This document shows, one piece after another, positions 48,998-60,300 of a stretch of 64,000 bases of DNA. The stretch is taken from NCBI GenBank assembly GCA_020725805.1, contig DYEF01000072.1, positions 148-64,147 on the forward strand, written 5' to 3'. The position numbers and the translations under genes are program-made. A model generated the notes under the pieces. It saw only the letters and a program-made list of their open reading frames with translations, searched no databases and was not told where the DNA came from. How positions within the stretch are numbered: the first letter of the stretch is position 1; the number at the start of each line of letters is the position of its first letter. Source of the stretch: Bdellovibrio sp. GTDB taxonomy: Bacteria > Myxococcota > SpSt-1050.

Positions 48998-50314
48998 ATG
49001 AGAATACTGACTATATCTGTTATGTTTCTGATTTTTACTCAGTCCTGTATCTTTTCGCCTTCTGCCGACAGAATCTGCCCGTTTGGCGAACATAGTGTAC
49101 AGATATTCCCGGTCAGAAACGGCTTTTTCGCCTTAAGTGTGAAGGAGTATAAGAACAGAGAGGAGAGACTCTCGTATAGATTTTTCGATGAGAGCGGCAG
49201 ACAGGTCTGTATGAATGAAACCGATTATCCGTTTTCGTTCTATAATTTTCTTGTTAGGGAGAAGAATTCAGAAAGCATATTTCTTGTCTCACAGAACCGT
49301 ATGAGCGGGAAAGAGAATCTGGTGCTCGAAATATCAAGGGATTGTCAGAGTAAGGGTAAATACACCCTTGATTCAAAGAATTACGAGACCATTTCCGATA
49401 TCCTTGTAGACGGCGGCAATATCTATACCTGCGGCTGGGCCGAGAGCAGTAACAGGGATATACTGCCTGATCCGGCGAAGCCAAAAGGTCAGATGAATAA
49501 AGTCGTGGTTGAACACGATATGATGATGACAATATATGACCCTGGTTTTGCCGAAAAGAAGAAGATTATAAGAGGGGGAAGTGATGCCGATTACATTTTC
49601 TCGGTGACGAAGACTTCTGATAACAGAATCTTTTATACTGGTTCTGTCATGAAATTCGAGATAGATTCCGGCAAAAACAGAATCCTCAAATCCACGGCAC
49701 TCTTTGTCAATGAAGTTATCCCATTTTCGGAGGTGTCATCAGAAAGTGGTGCTGGTTCTGCGGATTTGATAAAAAGAGGTGTTGACTATCCGTCGGATAG
49801 GAATTTTATGCCTTTTTTCATCAGCGAATATAATAAAGAGAATCTTCTTCTGATTACTATGGTCAGAATTGACGGGAACGATTTTATAGGGGTTTCGAAA
49901 GGGGAGAAAGAGAAACTGGTCTTTGATACCGCAATTTATCCCGTCCGGAAGGTTTATCTCCCGTCCTATCCTGTTCAGGTCAGGGAAGATATGATCTTTA
50001 TCAGGTTTATGAATATTCAGAGCGGGGTTATGGACCGGCTCTACATTCTGGATATGAAATCGAAGGAGGCAGCCGATGTGTGGATAAAGGGGGCAAACCG
50101 GATTGCCGTTGGTCTGAACGGTGAGGAAATACTCCTTTATTACTCGGTTGTGATGAAACCCTGCGGGGAATCTATCTTTCGTACGGATAGACTCAGGGTA
50201 AATGAAATCTTCTCAAATAAGACCCTGAAACCCGAAATGACCGAAGGAATTTTTATAAATAAGATAAAATCTGTAATGAATCTCAAAAATTTCTGCTGGG
50301 ATTGTAAAGATTAA
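48998..50314 (+). CDS. Hypothetical lipoprotein
   Basis: AGGAG RBS, lipobox-like TQSC, beta-rich 438 aa. Confidence 0.6.
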   Translation: MRILTISVMFLIFTQSCIFSPSADRICPFGEHSVQIFPVRNGFFALSVKEYKNREERLSYRFFDESGRQVCMNETDYPFSFYNFLVREKNSESIFLVSQNRMSGKENLVLEISRDCQSKGKYTLDSKNYETISDILVDGGNIYTCGWAESSNRDILPDPAKPKGQMNKVVVEHDMMMTIYDPGFAEKKKIIRGGSDADYIFSVTKTSDNRIFYTGSVMKFEIDSGKNRILKSTALFVNEVIPFSEVSSESGAGSADLIKRGVDYPSDRNFMPFFISEYNKENLLLITMVRIDGNDFIGVSKGEKEKLVFDTAIYPVRKVYLPSYPVQVREDMIFIRFMNIQSGVMDRLYILDMKSKEAADVWIKGANRIAVGLNGEEILLYYSVVMKPCGESIFRTDRLRVNEIFSNKTLKPEMTEGIFINKIKSVMNLKNFCWDCKD

Positions 50315-51041
50315 GCTTTCTCGTCAACCCCCAGAGATATTTCAGGAATACTTCCTTTGTACTGTACAGGGCAAGATAAAATCCGATCTTTTTCTCTCTG
50401 AATCCGAGAAGAAGAATATATTCCTTGAAAAACCTGAATCCCGGATTTAACAGAAGAGAAAAAAGAAGAATCAGTATATTCTGTTTTGCCTTATCTTCCG
50501 ATGAAAGTTCTGCATTTCTTGTTGCCCTCTTTCTTATATCTTCGATACTTTCATAAGGGGTATGTATTATGCAGTTTTTCAATCTGCCCGTTCTTTGGGA
50601 ATCAGTAATCCTTTCGTGGACTGATTCGCTCCCGTAGCTTAAATTCTTTCTGAAAAGCCTTATATGGTATTCGTTTCGGTGTCTCCCGCATTTAATCTCT
50701 TCTTTGAGAAAGTATGTTCTGAACGGAATCAGGTAGGCATCGAATTTTTCGCTTTTTACGGCATTTTTTATCTCATCTGCCGTTTCAGGAGGTATGTATT
50801 CATCGGCATCGATATTGAGTATCCATTCGTTGCTGCACTGGTTCTTTGCAAAATTCTTCTTTTCCGAGAAGTTTGTAAACTCTCTCTCGATAATCCTTGC
50901 CCCGCATTCCTTTGCTATCTCAAGAGTCCTGTCCGTGCTTTTTGAATCCACAACGAGGATTTCATCTGCAAATGATAGCGATTCAAGGCACCTTCTGAGA
51001 TATTTTTCGGAGTTATATGTGATTACAAAGGCGGATATCAT
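50283..51041 (-). CDS. GT2 glycosyltransferase (WaaE/KdtX-like)
   Basis: ITYNSE..CLESL..DEILVVDSKSTDRT, WILNIDADE, VHE. Confidence 0.88.
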   Translation of the reverse strand: MISAFVITYNSEKYLRRCLESLSFADEILVVDSKSTDRTLEIAKECGARIIEREFTNFSEKKNFAKNQCSNEWILNIDADEYIPPETADEIKNAVKSEKFDAYLIPFRTYFLKEEIKCGRHRNEYHIRLFRKNLSYGSESVHERITDSQRTGRLKNCIIHTPYESIEDIRKRATRNAELSSEDKAKQNILILLFSLLLNPGFRFFKEYILLLGFREKKIGFYLALYSTKEVFLKYLWGLTRKLNLYNPSRNF

Positions 51042-51511
51042 AAGCCTTTAATCTTCTTGATTATATCGGTAGTCGAATTTATCTTTCTCTCTCCGATAAG
51101 AATGGTTCTGATGCCGTATTTTTCAGTAAGGCTCTTCTCAGGCAGTATCTTACCCCTGTATTCCCCGCCTTTAATATGAAAATCGGGTCTGATTATTCTC
51201 AGCGTTCTGGATGCAGTAGTCTCATCGAATACGGTAACGAAGTCCACATCCTCAATGGCCGATATAATCCTGATTCTCTCCTGCTGGCTGAGTACAGGTC
51301 TGCCTTCTCCCTTCAGTCTTGATGCCGAATTGTCGGAATTGATGGCAACAATGAGAATGTCGCAGAATTTTTTTGCCTCCTCGATTATCTGAATATGTCC
51401 TGCGTGAATAAGGTCGAAGACCCCGTTAATAAGCCCGGATGTATATCCTTTTTTTCTCAGCAGACTGATTATCTGTGCGAGCCTCTCTCTTCTTCTAAAC
51501 TTTTTTTCCAT
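51038..51511 (-). CDS. rfaE2: D-glycero-beta-D-manno-heptose 1-phosphate adenylyltransferase
   Basis: NGVFDLIHAGH, AINSD, KGEGRP, KGGEY, STT; follows the heptose kinase. Confidence 0.85.
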   Translation of the reverse strand: MEKKFRRRERLAQIISLLRKKGYTSGLINGVFDLIHAGHIQIIEEAKKFCDILIVAINSDNSASRLKGEGRPVLSQQERIRIISAIEDVDFVTVFDETTASRTLRIIRPDFHIKGGEYRGKILPEKSLTEKYGIRTILIGERKINSTTDIIKKIKGL

Positions 51512-52490
51512 TTACCGCTCTCAGGATATCTGTACTGTTTACCGGAACAGTACCTCTTTTCTGTACTTTTATTCCTCCGGCAATATTTGCAAGGCAGGCA
51601 GCCTTTTCCGGTCTTATTCCTGCCGAGATTGCAAGGGAGAATGCAGCAAGAACGGTATCTCCCGCCCCTGTAACATCTGCAACCTCCGTATTCCCGAAGG
51701 CAGAGAACGAGGTCAGTTTGGCATTCTCTTTGAGTATTGCGATGCCGTTTCTCCCCTTTTTGAGGAGAACATATCTGGCACCGGTAATTTTTCTGAGTTT
51801 TAAGGCAGCCTTTCTGAGTTCCTCATCCGTCTGTATATATCGGCCGTATATCTGTGAGATTTCGTTCATATTCGGAGTGAGTGCTGTAACCTTTCTGTAA
51901 CTTTTGAAACTGAACCTTGAATCTGCAATGACCTTCATCCCGGATGCGGTTTTCAGTATCCATCTGATGAATTCTTCCGAAAAGAGACCTTCTCCGTAGT
52001 CAGAGAGGACGACCGCATCAAAATTTCTTATCTGTCCCTTTATACGGTTTTTCAGGAATGTATATACATCTTCCGGATATCCGCCGCTTATCCCCCTGTC
52101 AAGTCTGAAAATCTGCTGCATCGCTGTATTGATATCACCTGCCAGAACCCTCGTTTTTATGATTGTCCTGAGACTGTTGGTGCAGAGCATCTCGGTTGAG
52201 ACCGAATTTCTCTTGAATATATTCAGAAGTTCTCTGCCGTACGGGTCATTACCAAGGATACCTGCTATCGATACAGACCCTCCCATTGCAGCGACGTTCA
52301 TAGCCACATTTCCTGCGCCGCCGGGCTTGATTTCGGATGACTGGAATCTGATTATCGGTATCGGTGCCTCTCTCGAGAGTCTGTAAGTATTACCGAAGAT
52401 ATATTCATCGGCGATAATATCCCCGACCACCAGTATTCTTCTGCCCGAGATCTTTTTCAGGATTGAAAGGATATCCTTTTTATCTACCAT
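51495..52490 (-). CDS. rfaE1: D-glycero-beta-D-manno-heptose-7-phosphate kinase (PfkB family)
   Basis: VGDIIADEY, RLSREAPIP, GGAGNVA, LSDYG, TPN, DVTGAGDTV. Confidence 0.87.
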   Translation of the reverse strand: MVDKKDILSILKKISGRRILVVGDIIADEYIFGNTYRLSREAPIPIIRFQSSEIKPGGAGNVAMNVAAMGGSVSIAGILGNDPYGRELLNIFKRNSVSTEMLCTNSLRTIIKTRVLAGDINTAMQQIFRLDRGISGGYPEDVYTFLKNRIKGQIRNFDAVVLSDYGEGLFSEEFIRWILKTASGMKVIADSRFSFKSYRKVTALTPNMNEISQIYGRYIQTDEELRKAALKLRKITGARYVLLKKGRNGIAILKENAKLTSFSAFGNTEVADVTGAGDTVLAAFSLAISAGIRPEKAACLANIAGGIKVQKRGTVPVNSTDILRAVNGKKV

Positions 52491-53383
52491 ATTCTGAGTT
52501 CCCTGATATCCGGGATGTTATTCTTTTCACAATATTCCGAAAGGTCCCTGAGAATCTCATAGGCTGAAAGCGGGTTTGCAAAATTTGCGGTCCCTATCTG
52601 AACTGCAGATGCACCGGCCATAAAGAACTCGAGCGCATCCCTGTAATTCATAATTCCGCCGCATCCTATTACCGGGATTCCTACCTCCTTCTGGACCTGA
52701 TATACAACTCTTAATGCAACCGGCTTTATTGCCGGGCCGGATAACCCGCCGTAGATATTGTTGAAGCGGAATGCCTTTTTATCCACATCTATCAGCAGTG
52801 ACTGAACGGTATTGATACAGGTGAGGGCATCTATCCCCTCGTCGCGGCATATTCTGGCAATCTCGAGATACGGTATATCTGCCGAGACCTTGAAAATAAG
52901 AGGTCTTGGGAATATCTCTCTCAGTTTCCTTGCAAGCTCCCTTGTGAGGTTAAGGTCTTTACCGAAACTTATCCCTCCCGACTTTACATTGGGACAGGAG
53001 ATATTGACCTCGATTGCATCTGCCCTTTTCAGGCCGGAGAGTCTTTCGGCAATATAAAGGTACTCTTCGATATCTGAACCTAAAATATTCACGATGTATG
53101 TTGTATTTATCTTTTCGGCCTCCGGGATGATTTTGTCGATAAAGTCAGTAAGACCCGGATTTTCGAGACCAACCGAATTGATAAGTCCGCCGTTGATTTC
53201 GGCAAGCCTGTGTCCGCGGTTACCCTCTCTGGGATTTCTGGATATCCCCTTGCATACTATTGCGCCCAGAAGAGATGTGTCATAAAAATTCATAAACTCA
53301 AAACCAAATCCGAATGTCCCCGATGCGGTCATAACAGGGTTTTTCAGGTTCAGATTTGAGAGACTTGTTGTTAATTCCTTCAT
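52484..53383 (-). CDS. pyrD: Dihydroorotate dehydrogenase B, catalytic subunit
   Basis: NPVMTASGTFG, NSVGLENPG, NISCPN, GGLSGPAIKPVA, GASAVQIGTA; ATG 53383 overlaps the pyrK stop. Confidence 0.95.
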   Translation of the reverse strand: MKELTTSLSNLNLKNPVMTASGTFGFGFEFMNFYDTSLLGAIVCKGISRNPREGNRGHRLAEINGGLINSVGLENPGLTDFIDKIIPEAEKINTTYIVNILGSDIEEYLYIAERLSGLKRADAIEVNISCPNVKSGGISFGKDLNLTRELARKLREIFPRPLIFKVSADIPYLEIARICRDEGIDALTCINTVQSLLIDVDKKAFRFNNIYGGLSGPAIKPVALRVVYQVQKEVGIPVIGCGGIMNYRDALEFFMAGASAVQIGTANFANPLSAYEILRDLSEYCEKNNIPDIRELRIW

Positions 53384-54201
53384 TTGCAGTAAAACTCCTC
53401 TGCGTCGAATACAGGGCCCTCTTTGCATATGTGGAGCAGCCTGCCTCCTCTGGTCTCCACCGTACAGCCCAGACATACTCCGGTCCCGCAGGCCAGATGC
53501 GATTCAAGACTGATATATGTCTTTATTCTGCCTGTCAGTGATATATCACAGACCTTTTCGATCATTATATCGGGTCCGCAGACGTAGCAGACAGGACTCT
53601 TCTTCCCTTCATAATCGAAGAGGAGGTTTTCCTTGACCTGACTCGAATAGTTACCGACTGCATCCTGAAACAGGTTTGTTACAAAACCCTTTTTACCCTT
53701 TTTGCCGTCTTCGGTTGAGATATACAGTTTTGTGCTGAGATTCTTTATCCTGAGAAGATGGATAAGTTCATCTGAGTTCTTTACTCCGTAAAAGAAGTGA
53801 ATCTCGTATTTTTTTTCGAAGAGTCTGGTTGCCAGAAAGAAGAGCGGGGCAATACCCCTGCCCCCGGCGATCAGAACGGCCGTCCTCTTATCTTCGGGTA
53901 TTGGAAAAGAATTGCCGATAGGCCCCCAGACCGGAAGCATATCCCCTTTTTTCATGTCCGAAAGTTCTTCTGTTCCTCTCCCAACAACCTTGAAGAGAAA
54001 TTCGATATAATTTTTTTTAAGGACGCTGAAGAAATTGTGTACGGATATGGGTCTTGCAATGATGGTATTGCGTGGCTTTAGCATAAAGAACTGGCCGGGT
54101 TGAGGAGGTGTCATCTGATTGTCGTATAAAAGTGTAAGAAGTACATATCCTGCCTTCAGGTGTCTGATATGTGCGACTTTGAGCCGGCTGTAAGTAATCA
54201 T
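53380..54201 (-). CDS. pyrK: Dihydroorotate dehydrogenase electron transfer subunit
   Basis: PGQF, RPIS, GPIGNSF, GGRGIAP, CGP, ACGTGVCLGC..CKEGPVF. Confidence 0.93.
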   Translation of the reverse strand: MITYSRLKVAHIRHLKAGYVLLTLLYDNQMTPPQPGQFFMLKPRNTIIARPISVHNFFSVLKKNYIEFLFKVVGRGTEELSDMKKGDMLPVWGPIGNSFPIPEDKRTAVLIAGGRGIAPLFFLATRLFEKKYEIHFFYGVKNSDELIHLLRIKNLSTKLYISTEDGKKGKKGFVTNLFQDAVGNYSSQVKENLLFDYEGKKSPVCYVCGPDIMIEKVCDISLTGRIKTYISLESHLACGTGVCLGCTVETRGGRLLHICKEGPVFDAEEFYCK

Positions 54202-54656
54202 ATATAACGCTCCATTACAATAGCATCCTCATCATTGTCAACATAATATTTCTCTCTTATATAAACCTCCCGGAATCCGAATTTTCTGTAAAAAGTTATT
54301 GCACCTTTGTTCGAAACCCTGACCTCGAGCGTAATCAGCTGTTTGGAATTCATCTCGGCGTAGTTTATCATTTCACCCAGAAGCATCGCCCCGGTCCCCA
54401 TTCTCCTGTATTTCGGTCTTACGGCAATGTTAATCAGGTGAATCTCGTATGGAATATCCCAGTAGATAATAAAACCTGCCGGGTCTTTATTTTTACGTGC
54501 AATAAAGAATCTCGAAAAGGTATTGGTGAGTTCCGATTCGAAAGTCTCTCTCTTCCATGGATACTGAAAGGATTCATTTTCGATTATTACAATATCATCT
54601 ATGTCCTTTTCGGTGACTTTGGTGAAGATTATGGGAAAATTCTCTTCCTTTATCAT
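54198..54656 (-). CDS. rimI: Ribosomal protein S18 alanine N-acetyltransferase
   Basis: ESFQYPW, HLINIAV, RRMGTG, LEVRVSN, YY..NDEDA. Confidence 0.92.
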   Translation of the reverse strand: MIKEENFPIIFTKVTEKDIDDIVIIENESFQYPWKRETFESELTNTFSRFFIARKNKDPAGFIIYWDIPYEIHLINIAVRPKYRRMGTGAMLLGEMINYAEMNSKQLITLEVRVSNKGAITFYRKFGFREVYIREKYYVDNDEDAIVMERYI

Positions 54657-55297
54657 TTTGGTATATACAGATATCTTATCCTGTAACGGTTTTTGAGTTC
54701 CTCGAGATAGACTGATGCAAAATTCTTCTTCTTTTCTGTCCTGAGTTCGTTTTTGTATCTGTTTAGTGTCTCGGTGTCCGGCGGGGTAATGGTGCCTTTG
54801 GCCTGTATATATTTATTCAGTTCATCTTCATCGACCTTTATCTTCTCTTCTGCCATTTTGTTTATAAAATCGTCTATCATAATGTAAACGGCAAGGGTCC
54901 TTCTGAATTCGGTCTCACTCATATTGATGTCGGTAAGAAATTTTTCGAACTCCTGAGGACTGCCGAACTTTGTCTTTGTCTTTGAAAGCAGATTCTCGGC
55001 CTCCTTCGTAAAGAGATTCGGTTTGTATTTCTTCTCTTTCCTGAGTTCGAGAGAGACAAGTTCACGGTTGATCATAAGATTAATCATAGCATTGATGAAT
55101 CCGGAATCACCGATCTTGTAGAGTGAGGAAGGTCCCTCGGAAATTACAATCTGGATTTTCGAATGTGCATCAAGGTCGAGCAGGGTAATCGCCTCCTTTT
55201 CAACCTCAACTATAGTCTTGTCAATGAGAATCTCCTGTGAATTGTTCGGAATCGAAAGGACATGAATGATTATTGTAAAAGCAATCAGGTGATTCAT
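54653..55297 (-). CDS. SurA N-terminal-domain-like exported protein
   Basis: IDKTIVEVEKEAITL, LMINREL, KFGSPQEFEKFL, YLEELK..I pattern; no PPIase domain. Confidence 0.55.
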   Translation of the reverse strand: MNHLIAFTIIIHVLSIPNNSQEILIDKTIVEVEKEAITLLDLDAHSKIQIVISEGPSSLYKIGDSGFINAMINLMINRELVSLELRKEKKYKPNLFTKEAENLLSKTKTKFGSPQEFEKFLTDINMSETEFRRTLAVYIMIDDFINKMAEEKIKVDEDELNKYIQAKGTITPPDTETLNRYKNELRTEKKKNFASVYLEELKNRYRIRYLYIPK

Positions 55298-55351
55298 TAT
55301 CTGATTCCGGGTTTCATTTGATATATGTCTGTTATCATTGGAAATCCAAAA

Positions 55352-55424
55352 TGGGCGCTACAGGAATTGAACCTGTGACTTCCACCGTGTGAGGATGGCA
55401 CTCTGACCGCTGAGTTAAGCGCCC
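55352..55424 (-). tRNA. tRNA-Val (anticodon CAC)
   Basis: GGGCGCTTAACTCAGCGGTCAGAGTGCCATC-CTCACAC-GGTGGAAGTCACAGGTTCAATTCCTGTAGCGCCCA cloverleaf; CCA not encoded. Confidence 0.95.
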
Positions 55425-55609
55425 ATTAATCCGTACTTTATGCCACTTGATAAATCAGTTGTCAAATGTTTATAGAGGAAGAACATAATTTTATAAAGCT
55501 TTCTGCATTATAAAAAGCCATTGCGGACTGATTGGTTTACTTATCTTTCTGACTGGTGCCTGTTTTTTATATGAAATATAAGCCGGTGATACTGTGTTAA
55601 AAATTAAAT

Positions 55610-55637
55610 TTGACTTTATACTGTGTTTACCTATACT
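55610..55637 (+). promoter_or_regulatory. Putative sigma70 promoter
   Basis: TTGACT, 16-bp spacer, TATACT; GGAGG RBS before ATG 55661. Confidence 0.45.
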
Positions 55638-55660
55638 AAAATATAACGGAGGTTTTAGTA

Positions 55661-57109
55661 ATGAAAAAACAATTATCTGTCGTCGTCTCTCTGCTAATTC
55701 TTATTTCCTGTTCTGATTCCTCTTCGTCAAAAGATGTCTTCTTGTCTGATGCAACCGGGGATGTTTCGGCCGCTGATGTCGTTGCGGATACAGGTGAGAC
55801 CACCGATAATTCTGTTACGATGCTGACAGAATGGGACCCGGCACTCCCGGGTACTGAGAATCTGGAGAAGACGAGGGATTATCTGGTCGCAAGGGCGATT
55901 ATTCATGCACACTCTATATATTCTCACGACGGGTGTGACGGCAATTCTGTTGAAAACGGCAACCCTGAGGAGAATTGCGTATTGCAGCTCAGGGATGCAA
56001 TATGTAAGCTAAATCTAAATGCCCTTTTTATGACAGACCACGCGGGTTCACTTGCAGATGAGGAGGATTTCCCAAAACTCTATTATCCGAGGGAGGGAGA
56101 TACTCCGATTATTGAAAACGAGATTCAGACAGGCAATAAGCTAAATTGTTCAAATGGTGCCAGACCGATTATTATGGTCGGTTCGGAAAATGACATTATG
56201 CCAATCGGGATAACAGCACATCCTTCACAGGATATTACAGAGAGAAAGAAGATTTACGATAGTGTGGACGAGTCGGCAATTGAGGCTTTCAGAAAGGTCA
56301 ACGGCGTAGTGTGTACTGCTCACTCCGAGGGGAAGGAAGATGATTACCTTATTAATTCTACTCTTGATTGTATAGAAATATATAACTTTCATGTAAGTAT
56401 TCTGTCTTCCAGTGGTCTTGTAGTGCTGACGGATTATATGAATCAGCCCGAGAAGATGCCGCATCCGGACCTCTCTTTTCTGGCATTTTATGAACCATTG
56501 AAATCCCAGCTGACCAAATGGTATGCGGCTGTTGAAAAGAGAGATGTCTCTGCTTTTGTCGGCACCGATATTCACAGAAATGTGGTAACAAAGATAGTTG
56601 GTGATGGGGAGAGACTTGATTCGTACAGAAGATTTATGAGATGGTTCAGTAACTTCCTGCTGGTAAAGGAGCATAAGCCCACCGAATATAAGTCTGCTGT
56701 AAAGGATGGAAGGCTATATGTTGTTGCAGAGGGACTCGGGACACCGTCCGGCTTTGATTTTTATGCCGAGACAAAAAGCGGAATCGTTGAGATGGGGAAG
56801 AGAGTCAAGAAGGCAGATTTTAATAAATTTGTAATCAAACTTCCGGAGGTTTACGGAATAAAGAATGCTGATACTTATATTAAGGCCAGACTGTTTAAGA
56901 TTCAGGGAAAGAGCGAAACAGAGATTTTGAGCCCTGTTGCAAGATCCGATAAAAAGATTATCGAGGTGTCCGATGGTATTGATGAAGGGGTTTACGCAGT
57001 TCAGATTCTTCTGACTCCGATGCATCTGAAAAGGGTTTGCAAGCGATATGCATCCGATTATATCAAGGAATTTGTCTGGATTTACTCAAATGCTATAAGG
57101 GTCGAATAG
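55661..57109 (+). CDS. PHP-domain metallohydrolase lipoprotein
   Basis: Lipobox LISC, Asp-rich linker; IHAHSIYSHD, MTDH, GSE, AH, IEIYN, GTDIH. Confidence 0.78.
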   Translation: MKKQLSVVVSLLILISCSDSSSSKDVFLSDATGDVSAADVVADTGETTDNSVTMLTEWDPALPGTENLEKTRDYLVARAIIHAHSIYSHDGCDGNSVENGNPEENCVLQLRDAICKLNLNALFMTDHAGSLADEEDFPKLYYPREGDTPIIENEIQTGNKLNCSNGARPIIMVGSENDIMPIGITAHPSQDITERKKIYDSVDESAIEAFRKVNGVVCTAHSEGKEDDYLINSTLDCIEIYNFHVSILSSSGLVVLTDYMNQPEKMPHPDLSFLAFYEPLKSQLTKWYAAVEKRDVSAFVGTDIHRNVVTKIVGDGERLDSYRRFMRWFSNFLLVKEHKPTEYKSAVKDGRLYVVAEGLGTPSGFDFYAETKSGIVEMGKRVKKADFNKFVIKLPEVYGIKNADTYIKARLFKIQGKSETEILSPVARSDKKIIEVSDGIDEGVYAVQILLTPMHLKRVCKRYASDYIKEFVWIYSNAIRVE

Positions 57110-57384
57110 ATATACGATATATTAAAATTTCCATTTTTTGGTTTTGATTAAAATAATAAAAGTTACTAATTAGTGTCAGGCAGACTTTTCGGTTCTGTGT
57201 TTTAATTTGTTGGTTTTATTGCTGATTTTCACACAGGTGCCAGGTAGATATATCTTCGATATATCTTCCGGATATTTCTGTCAACAGGTGTTGCTTTTGT
57301 GTATTTTGAAAAATCTGATTGCTATTATTCCCTTGAAATAAGTTTATCCTGAGTGTATAAGGAGGGGAAATTCAGGAGGTTTTA

Positions 57385-60300
57385 ATGAAAAGAATATCCT
57401 TAGTGCTGTTTGCTGGTCTGATTGCTTTATCTCTTTCGTTTACCTGTGGCGGGAACAATACAGATGCAAGCACTGGCCTTAATGCAACGGAGGCCAAAAA
57501 AGGTCCTGAAAAGTCTGTTTCCGAAAATGATATGAAACAGATTGTGGCTGAGTACAAACCCGAAAAGATATACAAAAAGGAGAAGTGGGAAAATATAAGT
57601 GAACCCAATGTTGCCGAGTGGGATAAGGTCAAAAAACTGATGAATGAACAGAAGTATGAAGCTGCCTACTCGGAACTCGAAAAAATTCTGAAAAAGTTCA
57701 GGGAGTCAAATGATAATGAGAGGGTTACACACACCCTTATGAAGATGGTTCAGCTCAGGATGTCCCTGCACGGATATGAGACAGCAGTAAAATTCTTAAA
57801 GAGCGAAGAATGGCCGGACGGATTATATTCACAGATGGTTCTCAATCTGTATTATGCCTACTCCCTCGTAAACTATTACAATGCCTATAGCTGGGAAATA
57901 AACCAGAGGGAGAAAGTGGAGACAGGAAAGGAGATTGACCTTAAGAAATTTACAAAGGATGATATCTATTATGAGGCACAGAAGGCATATCTGAATGTGT
58001 TCGGGAGCAGGGAAGAGCTATCGGGTGTCAAGGTAAAAACATTTTCAAACTATATTACTCCCAATTCATATCCTGAAAGGATAAGGGGTACATTGAGGGA
58101 TGCTGTTTCATATCTTTATACAGATCTTCTGAACAATACCAGCCTGTGGAGGCCAGAGGAATTAAACGAAGTCTATGCCCTGCCTCTGGGTGATATGATT
58201 TCGGTAAAAAAGATTCTGGTTAATCTGAATGACAGAGATACACATCCTCTGCTGAAGATTGTTTACATACTTGATGACCTGTATGAGTGGCACAGGTCGA
58301 AAGGTGAGGAGGAGGCCGCTTTTGAGGCTTTTCTTACGAAGATTGAGATTCTCAACAACAGATTCACCTCACTGGAGGATAAGGCAAGGATTAAGGAGTC
58401 TCTGGAAAATAATCTTAAGAAGATCGAACACCTTGAGTGGTGGTCTGTGGGTATGGCAAAACTTGCGGATTTCTATATGTTGGAGAACAGACCGGACTCT
58501 CTGATAAAGGCACATAAGGTCACGGTTGACTGTCAGAAGAGATTTTCATCTTCGATCGGGGCAAAGATGTGTCTGAGCAAACAGAAGAGCATTGAGTCAC
58601 CTTCTCTGGAAATTTCAGGTATGTCTGTGGACAAGACAGATAAACGGTCTGTAATGATATCGTACAAAAATCTTACAAATGCATATTTCAGGGCGTTCAA
58701 ACTGGATTTCTTCTCTCTTCTGAATAAGGCTTACGATTATTATCTTTATCCTCAGTATAAACAGCTGGATGATATCGTATTTGGCAACAAACCGGATTTT
58801 GAATGGTCTGTCGAACTGGAACAGACCAAAGATTTCCAGATCCACAAAAAATATATTACGCCGCCTTTTAAGGAGAAGGGTCTGTATCTGATAGCTGTAT
58901 CTGCCAGAAAGAATTTTTCCAAATCCGATAATGTAATCAAAGGTGTCTATATGGTTATATCGGATATGGTTATTGAATCGCGAAATGATTATGACAGTCT
59001 GCTCAAAATCAGGGTAATTGACGGGGAGAGCGGAAGTCCGGTAAAAGACGCTGAGGTCTGTCTTTACAGATATGACTGGCAGGGCGGTCACAAGAAGCAT
59101 CAGTGTAACAAATCAGATTCTTTTGGGAGTGCAAAGTTTTCCGAATCTTATCAGAGCAGTTCGTATTTTACGGTTGTAAAAAAGGGGAATGATTTTACTA
59201 CCGATATGCAGTACAGTTATTTCTATAAGCCGGGGACTCCTTATCCTTCTGAAAGGACTCTGGTCTTTACCGACCGTTCCATCTACAGACCACTCCAGAA
59301 GATAAAGTGGAAGATTATTCAGTTTTACGGTGATTATACAAAGGGTGATTATAAAATTATGCCGGACAGAAAACTGGAGGTCTTCCTTTATGATTATAAC
59401 TCTCAGGTTGTAGAGAAGAAGGAGGTAACAACCAATGAATTCGGTACTGCCTCAGGTGAGTTTAATATCCCCAAAGGCAGGATTCTCGGAAGCTGGCGTA
59501 TAGGCACCGCCTGGGGGGCTCAGTATATAAAGGTTGAAGAATATAAGAGACCAACTTTTGAGGTTACTCTTAAAAAACCCGAAAGCCCTCTGAGACTTAA
59601 TAAGGAGGCCGAGATAACAGGAGAAGTCAAATATTATTTCGGACTGCCGGTAGCGACAGGGAAGGTAAAGTATGTTATTACCCGTCAGGCAGAATTTCCT
59701 TTCTGGTGGGGATATTATATCTACTATTATTCCTATTATGGTTTTTACGGGTACAATCAGAATCCGCAGACTATAGCAACCGGGGATGCCGTTCTGGATA
59801 AAGATGGGAAATTCAGGATAAAATTCGTACCGGTTGCAGACGAAAGGCTCTCGAAAACCAGTAAAGGCACATCTTACAGGTACAGGATAAATGTGGATGT
59901 AACCGACGAGGGGGGTGAAACAAGGTCTGCTGAACAGTCATACAGAGTAGGTTTTTCTTCAGTTGAGGCAAAGATATTATCGGATATGAAATTTTTTGTC
60001 TCGGGTGAGAAGGACAACAAACTGAAAATATTGCGAACAGGATTAAATGACGAACCCAAATCAGGTAATGGTAAATATCGTATTGTTCGTCTGAAAGAGC
60101 CGGACAAGACAGTAATGCCTGCCGAAATGCCCAGTGAATTGCCTGATTTTCTGAAAGGGCAGGGATTCGAACAGTATATGCATAAAGACGACAGTATCAA
60201 GGCGAGATGGGAGCGCGATTATCTGGTTGACAGAATTATTTTCGGTCTTAAGGATGACATTCAGGTATCTGCAGGTGAAACAGTCCATAAGGAAGACGGG

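Noticed and set aside
55352-55424. tRNA-Val as an integration site
   Set aside because: No duplicated 3' end or integrase seen; housekeeping genes follow directly
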